From assembly GCA_039621445.1 (NCBI GenBank), contig CP154954.1:42091572-42155571 (forward strand): a stretch of DNA of 64,000 nucleotides, read 5' to 3'. Below the pieces are notes generated by a model. It saw only the letters and a program-made list of their open reading frames with translations, did not search any database and was not told the origin of the DNA. Position 1 is the stretch's first letter. Each line of letters opens with the position of its first letter. Of the stretch, positions 32,460-43,343 are shown one piece after another. The translations under genes were made by a program, and so were the position numbers. This stretch comes from Euglena gracilis. Its lineage: Eukaryota.

Positions 32460-33965
32460 TATTTTTTATATTTTCGTGGTGTTGTTTCTTGGGGGGAAAT
32501 TCCTCCTCCAATTCGGGGATATATTTTTTTGGAAAAAAAACTATCTTTCACTTTTGGGCTCCACCCTAATTACCTTCAGGAAGCCACCCAACCAGCACTT
32601 GGCTTTTTTAAAAAAAAAACGTGGAGTGGAGTGTGGGGCTTTTTCTCTATCCGTTAATTTCTGTTTATGTTGAAAAGGGGTGAGGATTTACTCTCGCCCT
32701 CGCCAGCGCATTTTATTTTGCGCAATAAATTCCTCCGGGTGCAACCCCCATATGTCGCCTCTAGTTTTTCTGGGAGGATGACCTCACAAAAGCGCGAACA
32801 GCCGATTTTGGCTGGATTTTGGGTGGGGGGTGGGTGGGTGGCGGTTGGTTGAGGGGCGTTGTGGGTTCAATGAAAGTGAGAGATGGATTCACAAAATGAT
32901 GCACTTGGTGAATCAATTCGGTTGATTGACTGGAGGGAGAACGCCAAATGATTTCTGGAATTCTGCACACAAATCAAAAAAAAAACATTGTGGATCATTT
33001 TGCTTCAAATGCCAAAAGCGAAGAAAAAACTTGAATTAGAGTTTTGGTTTTCACAGAAACCCGGAACCACCTCCCCCGCCAAATTCAAAATTGACTGCAG
33101 GAAGGTGGGGGTCAGACTATCCACAATTTGCTTTTTGAAAAAGATGATGCGGGCGGAATTAATCAACTTGTCCTTCAAATTATGGGTGACAATTCTATTT
33201 TATTCTCAGGTTATTGATTAATTTTCAACATTCTATGATACAAGAGCGCAACGCAACGCAACGTGTGCGGACGGCAATGCTGGGACAGGGCTGTACGGGA
33301 AGGCATGGTGGGCCCCACCCACCACAGCATTCTCACAGATTTTTTTCAACAAATCCGCCCGGCGCCATAGCAGCCGGGAAAATTCCCCCAATTGGGGGTC
33401 GAAAATTGGTGCTCCCGGGAAGACAGGTGGTGGGGAACCCAGGGGTTGGGGGGGGGGGTCGACCCTGGCTGTTTTGCCGATTCCCGTACTGCCTTGGGTG
33501 GGGGTGGGCAGGCCTCAGCAAGCAAGCTAGTGAGTGGCAGGCAACACAATGACAAGGACAGGGGTGTCCACAAACACCCACCTCCCACCGGGAACACTTG
33601 GAACGACCTGAGAGAATGGGGGGATGGATGGATGGACCGGTGAGGGGTCATTTGGCTGGTCACATACATGGTGGCACACACACACACACACCAAAATTGT
33701 TGGAAAATCGCTGGTTTATCGTTGAAAATAAACCAAAAAAAATGCTCAGTTACTGATTTTACTGCTCAAAAATGCTCAGTTGCTGAATGCAGGGAAGACT
33801 GTGTACAAACGTTCATTCGTGGAAAAATTCCTTGTGCTTGTGCACCTTGCCCACCAACCCCCCCCCCCCCAGGGTCGAGTGAAATAAAGTCGGGTCCAGC
33901 CTCGCCGGAGGCCGGGCCGGCCAGCAAACTGGGCTGCCCAGCTCACCTATGCCTGCATTTATTCC
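32460..33965 (-). repeat. Inverted segmental duplicate, copy 2, containing the empty DIRS-B target site (32592/32593)
   Basis: Reverse complement reads CCAAGTGCTG|GTTGGGTGGCTTCC, i.e. B's left flank joined to its right flank. Confidence 0.9.
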
Positions 33966-34949
33966 CCTCATCACAGCTTCCCAGTCACAGCTCCCCAGCC
34001 TTCACCAAGCTCCATTCATCAAAATGACGAAAATGGCAAAAATGTATCAGAAAACTTTGTTTTTCATCGACCCAGCCCAGCCCATCCCCCTCCAGCCCCG
34101 GACCCCCCCTGTGCCCCCCCCGGGGGGGTCCAGCCAGCAGCTCATTTCCAGCCAGCAGCCTTTTTGCCAGCCGGAGGCTGGACCCCCCGGGTACTTCCTC
34201 TCCACCTATTTCAGGTGGGGAACCAAGCTCCCCCCCGCCCACCAACTGGATTCCCACAATCCCCAACCAGGGGCAGTCACACAGGGGCTCCCAGCCCGAA
34301 TTTGGACTGCTGGCTGGCTGGACCCCCCCCCCAGGGGGCCCTCCGGCTTAAGAAAACCCCTGATTGGGGGGGGGGGGTCGACCGCCCCTCCTCTTACCAC
34401 CCGCCGCGTTTCGGGGATTCTCGTGAAACCGTGTGGGGGGGGGGGTTGGGCCAAAAAAAACAACAAACAATTGTTTGTTTGGCAGACACAATCCCCTGGG
34501 TGCAGGGGGGTCGCCAATATGTTTTTTTGTGTTTTTTTTCGATTTTGGTAAAATTTGTGGTTTTTTTGTGTTTGTTTCCTGTCGATTTTTGGATCCTTGC
34601 TGGGAATTTTTTGGCAATGCAAAACTCCTCGGTTTGCCCCCGATCATCCCCCAATGCCGAAAATTTTGTCAATTTTGCTTTTTTGGGTCAAGAGAATGCT
34701 TATTTTTAAGCCAATCAAATTCTTTTGCCAGCAAAAAATGTAAAATTGCTGGGGGAAAAAAGGCGCAAAAAAGGGCAAATTTTGCCAAACCAAGTGGCCA
34801 AAATGACCGACCCCAGGGGCAGGACCCCCCCACCAGCAGGGGGGAGAGGGGAACGCAATCTGGACCCTCAAAAAATGCGACGCAAAAAAATGTAAAAAAA
34901 TCCCACAAATGAAAGCAAACAAAGAACACAAAAAAAAACGCACACACCC

Positions 34950-36860
34950 AAAAACCCACCCACACGCGCACCTCATCTTCACCGTCGCGTCTGGGCACAT
35001 GCTGCTCCGGCCCACCCACCGCCGCCACTCTGCCGGCGGCTGCGGCGGGGCTGCCTTCTGGCGACCCCCGTGTGGCCCATCCCAGAGTGGAACGCATTGG
35101 TGCCGGTTTTCTCTGCGAACGGCTTCGGACCTCCTTTCAACCCATGCTGCCCCCACCAAATTGGACGGCCAAACCTTTGGTTGGCCGTCTAAAAAAGGCC
35201 CACCCAGACTAAACACACAGCCACCACTGAGAGCTCTTTTCCCACTGGGGACTGGGTTCTGATGGAACGAACTTTTTTTTGTTGTGGAAACGCATTGCCG
35301 CAAAAAAAGATAAAACATATGCGGCGACCGTCAATGCAGCCGACATTGTCTGCCCAGGCCCAATGCCACCCACCACCAAACATCAGGAGACACATCAACA
35401 TTGGTCAGTGGATCAAAAAAAAAAAAAAATCAAATGCATGGCAGGGCGAGGCACTTATCATCCAATGCCTGAACCTAAACCTCATACAGTGGCCTTGTTT
35501 CTGGCACGACCCAAGAAACAAACAGGGTGGCCAAAAGAACAGGCACAAGATGTGAGGAGCAGATAAAGCATCGGTGGAACACCCAAGCTGGTCGAAACAC
35601 ACATTTGGCTGCCTTTGCCGCCAAAGTGCTGAGCAGGGCCCAATGCGGCCAAGGTGGCCGCTGCGGAGCGGAAAGAGGTCCAAAGCAGCCAAAGCTGAAC
35701 CACGGCAAGTGCAAAGCCAAAGTCCTCAAGATAGGTCCAAGGTGGCAAAACTGCTTCAAAGCGGCTGAAGCGCTGCAGAACGACGCAAGACCGTGTCAAA
35801 AGGAGGCGGCCAGAGTGACCAAAAGAAGAAGGGCAGAAAGAGCAAAGCAGCCGGTGGAAAGCAGGCCATGAACACGGCCAGAAGCGGTTAACCAGTGGCC
35901 ACCACTAACCAACCACCTTTCCCCCGTTGTCTGGCTTGGGATTATAAATGTCTCGCCGGGACATCATGTGTCTGGTGGTGGGGCGGCATATGGGCAGGCT
36001 GCAACCCCGCCCATATGGGGAAAAATCAAAGATCTTCTCAAAACTTGACAGAATTGAATGCACCCCCAGTGTTGTGTTTGCAGAAATTTTACAAAAAGTT
36101 GACAACAATATAAACCACACAGCTTCTCCATGAACACTCCACCAAGCCTGAGCCTTTATTTGGGGGCACCTGCCCGGAGGGCATCGGTGGGATGGGACAA
36201 ACTGAGGGATCGGTGTGCCCCCCCCCCCTGCACCTTGGTGACAAATTAACCGCCTGACCCACCGTGGCCCTCACCACACGTCAGCAAAATCAAACCAATC
36301 GTACAATGATGGGGACGCCAGGTGGAAGCAAGCGGGAGGCGCTGTTGCTCCTGCGCTCCCGTTGCTGCTGCCGCCGCTGCCTGCCTTCAGTGCCCCTTGG
36401 CAACATACCCCACTGGGGAAAACCGCCAACCCTGGTGGACTGCATGTGTCATGCGTTGGACGTTGAACCTTCATTGTGCGTGAGTGTGTGTGTGTGTGAG
36501 TGTGCGAGCGTTCTCCGAAGACATGCACATCTGCTTGTCTGTGGATTGTATGGCCACCTGAGGGAGGCAACAACACAAACAATGACCCTTCAGTGACCCC
36601 TGCTCACACCACGCTGGGGTTGAGGTGGGGGTAAAATGTGCTTCCATTCCACCATCATATGCCCCCCACACACGTGTCCATCGCACGCGGTCAGTGCACA
36701 CTCCCGGGGGGGGTGCGTACGGAAACCCAGAAACGGTGAGCTGCCGCGGGGGGGGGGGGGGCAGGGGAGCAGGGGGCACTGAATTGGCGGGTGAGGAACG
36801 GGTCCTCGGTCGGCGATGGCAGCTGCAGCAGCACCATGGCTCCGAGGTGGACTGGAGGTG
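34950..36860 (+). repeat. Diverged duplicate of about 1.9 kb, copy 1 (copy 2 at about 54260-56706)
   Basis: Colinear blocks from CACCTCATCTTCACCGTCGCG to CTCCGAGGTGGACTGGAG. Confidence 0.85.
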
Positions 36861-38635
36861 GTTGCTCGGTGCCAGGCCGGCCTGAATGCACCGAGGGGGA
36901 AAAAACAAAACAAAATTCTTAAAAAAAAAGCTCTCGCCGTGACGCAGGGGAGATGGGCATCCGCAAATCCAAGGCTCCAGCGAGAGCCCAAGTCCGGCCA
37001 TACATGATCCCCCTGGGTCACGAAACTCAAAAAAAACTCTGGGCTGAATTTGACTGTGGGGGGAGGGGGGGGGTGGCCAAATTGCCTCAATGCCAGGAAA
37101 AGGGGGGGGCCAAAAAAAAAAACGCAACCAGCCCCCGGGACCAGGTCAGTGGGTTCCCCACCCCCAAAAACTCCATTTGCACCAGAACAACCACCGCTCA
37201 ACACCCCCGAATAGCAAAATTTGGCAAATTTTAGGTATACCCAACTGACCTGGTCGCACATTTTTTGCCCCCCCCCCCCCGTTTCCTGGCATTGAGGCAA
37301 CCTCGCCCCGAAAATCATGCCCCGCGCCCCGATTTTTACTGATAAAATTGCCAAAATTTCGCCATTCCGAGGTTGTTGAGCAGTTGAGCAGTTGCTATGA
37401 ATCTGCAGAAGGTGCGGAAAGAGCACCACATGCACAGGGGGTGGTTCGGGTCACGGGGGGGGGGGAACACCACATTTTCGGTTGCCCAATTCACCGAACC
37501 CAAGGTGTGGGGAAATGATTTCCATAAATTAGAAATACCCGCTGCTGAAATTCGGTTTTGACACCGAATTAGGAACCGGCTGGGGAAATGGTGCTGCCTG
37601 GAACCCCCCAGGGGGTGGCAGGGATGATCAATTAACTGCCAAAGCGGGGACCAAGCGATTTACTGGGGGTCCCAGATTGATTAACCAAACTTCTCAAGGC
37701 AAACCCACATCATTGCGCCCCAGCCCGCCCCGGTTTGTACCGAAGAGCCATGAAGCCGGGGCCCCTAATACCCTAATACCCTAATACCCAACAACTGGGT
37801 CCTATGCCCTGGTTCAGATAAACCAGGCTCAGGCAGCTCTCAAGGTGCTATTTCGCTATCTGACCCAAACCCTAACCCTACTCCTTCAATGACGACTGAG
37901 AAAAAATTCAGTGTCAGCGGGACAGTGAAACAGAACCCCTCTCGAACGCCCTCGCTTGGAACTTTGCCATTTCGACCCAAGATTTTCCCCATGAGGAAAT
38001 GCCCCGGGACCCCCCCCAAAACCCTATTACTTCCCCAACCACTGGTTGCCCCCCCCCCGAATAACAAAATTTTGGCAATCTTCAAGAATAAACTGGGGGG
38101 GGGGTTTCGGGGCCAGATTGCCTCGATGCCAGGAACTGGGGGGGTGCCAAAAAAGTGGACCCAGCCCCCGGGACCAGGTCAGCGGGGTTCCCCACCCCCG
38201 AAAAACCCCATCAATGCCAGAACAACCACCACTCAATTCGGGGTACCCGAATAGCAAAATTTTGGCATTTTGGGGCATAATTCTGGGTGGGGGGGGGGCG
38301 TGATTTTCGGGCCAGATTGCCCAAATACCAGGAAAAGGGGGTGCCAAAAAAGTTGAGACCAGGTCAGTTGGGTTCCCCAAACCCAAAAACCCCATCAGCA
38401 CCACCCTTGCACCGCTGAAAATTCTGACACCGACTGCAGCCCACATTTTAGCCCACAACCAGGCAGGCAGCAACCTCCCTGGGGGCATAGTGCCTGCTGG
38501 GCCAGGCACTGCAGGGCAAGGGGGTCCAAGGCTAAAACAAAGGCAGCAAACAAACAAAGACAACAATGAGGCTCTGGATAAATAATCCTCCCCCCTCCGG
38601 GGCTGGACTGGATGTTCATAACATTGCCCTCAGCA

Positions 38636-39480
38636 CAGCATTGCCACACCTTCTCGGGGAAGAACCGTCCGTTGGGTGCGGCAGGGATGCATGGGAAGCC
38701 GAGGGGGAGTCCAACCCCCCCCCTCCGAACGCGGGAGGGGGAGGGTCGTACCCCGCCTGCGACTGCGAAATGTAAATGCTCGGAAAATTTTCCATCATAT
38801 GGACTGTCATAGGCTGGGTGACAAACCAAAACTGTTCAAAAACAATGTTTGATTCTTCTTTAAAATAAACAAAAAATGCTCATTTGAAACCGAAACTGTT
38901 CAAAAACAATGTTTGGTTCATCTTTAAACTACACACAAAAAATGCTCATTTGAATCCATTTTTTTTATTCATGCGGAAAACATCAAAGCATTGACAATGT
39001 GCAATATCCTGAAAAATGAGGGGGGGGAAGCAAAATTTTGCATTTTCTGAAATGCAGCGCTGGCAGAAAACTGCCCGATATTTTTGGAACCAGGGGGGTC
39101 TGGACCCAACCACCTCACCCCGCTGGGGGGGGGGGTTGGGACCCCCTGTGTGCGCTGTGGCTGTTTTTTGGTGCCTTTTATCCCTTCTTCTGGCCTGGCG
39201 CTGGGTTGGGACCCCCCCACCCATCCATCCACCATCTACCCCAAAACCGAAGGGCTTCCCATACATCCCACCTCCTTGTTGGCGAACATCCAGAACATCT
39301 GGAAATTCTCAATACGGGACTTGAAAGCCATCCTGCTGCAGCCACCAAGGTCCAGTAACTGCTCCTTGTGGGGCAACGAAAATGCACATTCTGCCCTTCC
39401 TCCATCTGCTTCTTCGCCTGAGAATGGGGAGATGTACGGTGGTGGACACCATAAAAAACACATGCGAACACATGCACAGC
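38636..39480 (-). repeat. Dispersed exon-like repeat, copy 1 of 4 (others 40286-41010, 46644-46850, 50328-51020), carrying an ancestral MITE
   Basis: Conserved block translating HKEQLLDLGGCSRMAFKSRIE.F..FW.FAN.E on the minus strand. Confidence 0.8.
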
Positions 39481-39910
39481 CACACAGCCACCCACCCCCA
39501 CCCCACCCCCACCCCCACCCCCACGAGCCACGGCCATGCTGTCGCTGACCAACACTTTCAATTTTCAAAAGTGAACGATCAACCACTTTTTTTTTTGGAA
39601 AATCATTCTGGCCCTGGGGATCCCCAGCTCAGCTGCAAGGCGGCCCAGCCATCTCTCCTAAAATTGTCTGCCAACCAACAACAAAGACCGGCTGAAAAAT
39701 GACTGCAGACACCGGATCTTTAATTTGGAGACAGCCTTGTGCAAAACCCACCCTCATGAAGACCAATTTCGACCAATGTATCCAACACCTTCAGCACCTG
39801 GCGACGAAAAATATTTTTTCGACAAACCTGGCACACATTAGCTCCCCCCCATACATATGGTCACTTCCTCTCTTCCAAAAACCCTGGGGGGGGGGGAGGG
39901 GGACTGGGCA

Positions 39911-40140
39911 CAGGGGTTTTTTTTTAAGACCAGGGGGGAGGGGTCCTCCACCCCACCCGACACACTGGGACCCACAAACTTTTCCGTGAAAACGGCCAAA
40001 AAAACCACGAAAACTCCTTTTTCAAAAAATTTCAGTGCCTTCGGCACAGAAAAGTATATCCCCTAGCGCGGTGGGGGGGGGGGCTCGGCTGGACCCACCG
40101 ACCTACCCTACCCCCCCCACAGGGGTCCAAGACTAAAAGA
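39911..40140. mobile_element. hAT-like MITE with eroded right TIR
   Basis: Starts CAGGGGTTTT. ACTGGGCA is duplicated at 39903-39910 and 40141-40148. Confidence 0.6.
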
Positions 40141-40331
40141 ACTGGGCAAAACAACAAAGAGGCACTCTGGAAATAAAAAACCAGTCAGTCCTCCGACAGC
40201 AAAAAATGAACCCAGCAATGGGGCTGGCTAACTGGAATTCCCCCCCCCCGCCCTCCTAATGAAATTAGAGCCCTTGACAGCATAACAGCATTGCCACACC
40301 TTCTCGGGGAAGAACCGTCCGTTGGGTGCGG

Positions 40332-40794
40332 CAGGGATGTATGGGAAGCCGAGGGGGAGTCCACCCCCCCCCCCCCGAGGAGGAGGGGGAGGGGAACACA
40401 GGAGGGGGAGGGTCGTACCCCGCCTGCGACTGCGAAATGTAAATAAATGCTCGGAAAATTTTCCATCATATGGACTGTCATAGGCTGGGTGACAAACCAA
40501 AACTGTTCAAAAACAATGTTTGATTCTTCTTTAAAATAAACAAAAATGCTCATTTGAATCCATTTTTTCTTCATGCGGAAAACATCAAAGCATTGACAAT
40601 ATGCAATATCCTGAAAAATGAGGGGGGGAGCAAATTTTTTCATTTTCTGAAATGCAGCGCTGGCAGAAAAATGTACGATATTTTTGGAACCAAGGGGGGT
40701 CTGGACCCAACCACCGTACCCCATTGGGGGGTGGGGTTGGGACCCCCCCACCCACCATCTGCCCCAAAACCCAAAGGCTTCCCATACATCCCTG
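40332..40794. mobile_element. hAT-like MITE
   Basis: TIR CAGGGATGTATGGGAAGCC / GGCTTCCCATACATCCCTG. 8-bp TSD GGGTGCGG. Confidence 0.88.
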
Positions 40795-41901
40795 GGGTGC
40801 GGGTACTGCACCTCCTTGTTGGGGAACACCCAAAGCATCCGGAATATCTCAAAACGGGGCTTGAAAGCCATCCTGCTGCAGCCACCAAGGTCCAGTAACT
40901 GCTCCTTGTGGGGGAACGAAAATGCACATTCTGCCCCTCCTCCATCTGCCGTTTCATCATCTGAGAATGCGGAGGTGAACGGTATGCGACAATCAAAAAG
41001 ACATGCACAGCCACCCATCCACCCACCCCCACCAACACCCACCCCCCCCCCCACCCCCCCGTGCCCCCCCCCCCCCCCCGGGGTCCACGACTAAAAAAAA
41101 CCCCTGAATGCAACCAATGTGTTGTGTTGTGCGGGAACAGGTCAGCTGGGTTCCCCACCGGGCCCAGCTGCCTGCTTTTCGCACATTTAATTGTGTGTGC
41201 CATGTGCCAGATTGCCATGTTTTCAAACGTAGCAACCTGGGTGGGGGCGGAGGAAAAAACAAAATGGGCCCAAAACCCAGAGCTGTACGGGCCTGGGGCA
41301 TACATTTTTTACTGACCCCGGGGGGAGGGGCGTCACTCCACTTTTCAAAAAACCAGTCAGTCACTTTTTTGGGAAGCCAGTCAATCACTACCCCCGGGGG
41401 GGGGGGGTCGGCCACTCTGGAATCCAAAGGAAATTTGGGCCCCAAAGCATGCAAAAAAAGCCAAAAAAATTTCCGGCGCCTTCGGCACTGGGGTCACTTT
41501 TGTGGTTTTTGCCGACCCCCGGGGGGGGGGGTCCGGGCCAAACACCAGGGATGAAAGCCAAAAAAAACAGCCACAGTGCACAGAGGGGGGTGGGTGACTG
41601 GTTTTTTCAGAGTGATTGACTGTCTTCTGGCCTGGCGCTGTTGTCCGCCTCTGGCTCTTTTTGCCTGTGTGCGTGGAGGTGGCCGGAGCCTGGCGGTCAC
41701 CCCCCCCCGGGGGGGGGGTGGGACAGTGACTAGGTGATTGTATGGCCTGGTGTGGGGGGGGGGGACAGGGAGGTCGGGTGGGGCTGTGTTGCGAAATTTT
41801 GTTTGGGTGCAACAGACAAATGCCTCCACCCCAAAGAAAAGTTGGGGGACGAGGGTTGGCAGGATGGGCGAAATGCATCGACACGGGGCAGCGCCACACC
41901 T

Positions 41902-43025
41902 TCAGGTCTTCAGGCAACGCCATGGGCACCGCAGCAGCACGTGGGCTTCTTCGCCCGCTGCGGGCGGCGCTGACTTCGGGCCGATGACATCCCAGTGCAT
42001 GGCGGCCTCGAGCCACGGGGTCGGGGCCACACCATTGCTTAGCGACCCGGGGGGGGGTCACTTTCCACTCTGAAAAAACCAGTCAGTCACTTGACCCCCC
42101 CGGGCAAAGCAGAAAAGGAAAGCCTGGTGTGGGGGTCCACCCCCACCCGGGAGGTGGGGGGGGGGGGAGGGTGGGTCGACCCCCCACCACAGCATTTTCA
42201 CAAATTTCGGGGAAACGGGGATTTTGGAGAGAAAATTTTTTGAAAATTTTTTTTGAAAAATGAACCCAAAACACATCATTTTTTGATGGAAAACCACATT
42301 TTTATCACAAAAAAATTCAAAAATTTCAGGTTTAAAAATTGGTGGTTTTGAGCAGGGGGGTTAAAAAAAGTGGACAAAATTTTGGCACAGTCAAATTTTA
42401 TTGATATTTTTTCTCTTTGAATTTTTTTGGACTTTCAACGGCATTTTTTTGCTTCAAAAACCTCTCAAAATCAACATTTTGAGAAAACGTTGAATTTTTG
42501 GAAGGTGTGAAAAAATGGGGTTTTTTTGGGGTGGTTTTTTGGGGGACCCCCTTATTGGGTCCCAAAATGGTCAAAAAAAAGCCACCCGGCGCCGGAAAAT
42601 TTTTCCGGGTCCAAAAATTGGTGCTCCCGGAAATACGGGAAGAGGTGGGGGGTGGTCGACCCCCCCACTCACCATGCAGGGGGGGGGGGTCGACCCCCCC
42701 CCCACCACCCTGGTTGTTCGGCCGATTCCCGTTCTGCCCTGCCCCCTGGGGGCGATCGGCCACTCTTCAGGAGGCAATGAAAATTTGCCAAAAGGTCTTA
42801 CAAAAATCCAAAAAATTTCCGGCGCCTTCGGCCAGCCACATTTTCATTTTTGGGCCTACCGGGGGGGGGGGGGCCCTGGGCCAAAAAAAACCAGTCAGTC
42901 ACTCTGAAAAAACCAGTCACCCCCCCCCGGGGGGGGGAGGACAGGTGTTAAGCAATGGTATGGTCGGGGGCTTCAGCCGCGCCGGCAGCTGGCAGTGGCA
43001 CTGCTGCCGCCTGGCCACCCCCAAT
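41902..43025 (-). pseudogene. Exon-like GC3-rich frame split by MITE 42028-42962
   Basis: Removing the MITE plus one TSD gives VARRQQCHCQLPARLKPPTPWLEAAMHWDVIGPKSAPPAAGEEAHVLLRCPWRCLKT*, with mostly G/C-ending codons. Confidence 0.4.
42028..42962. mobile_element. hAT-like MITE (AAAACCAGTCAGTCAC family) with a nested element at about 42100-42750
   Basis: TIR CACACCATTGCTTA / TAAGCAATGGTATG. TSD GTCGGGGC / GTCGGGGG (7 of 8 match). Confidence 0.75.
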
Positions 43026-43343
43026 GAAACCCGCACAAAAAGCACAAAAAAATGGAGAAAATGCCGTGCGACAACCCTGCCATCGGAATGGGTTGCTCCA
43101 AAAACAACAAAATCGAAAAATGCACAAACCGCCACACAGCTGGTGGGTGCTGACCCCCCCCACCTAAACCATGTACGCCCTCCTTATATCAAACCCTGGG
43201 GTCGGGTCCGTCACACAATGCAACTGCTGGCCAGGCACTTATAAGGACCAAGGAGGGCATTTGCTTTGGTTTTGTGGCTTGTGGCTGTGCTTTGCCCACC
43301 GGAGGCCATCTCTCAACACCATTTCACTTCGACCGCGCTGGCG

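Noticed and set aside
37762-37788. Telomere-like CCCTAATA x3
   Set aside because: Only three 8-mers, internal, and not a sustained telomeric tract.
40185-41054. Long ORFs reading through MITEs (also 50172..51215)
   Set aside because: They cross low-complexity MITE interiors that are not conserved in frame between copies.
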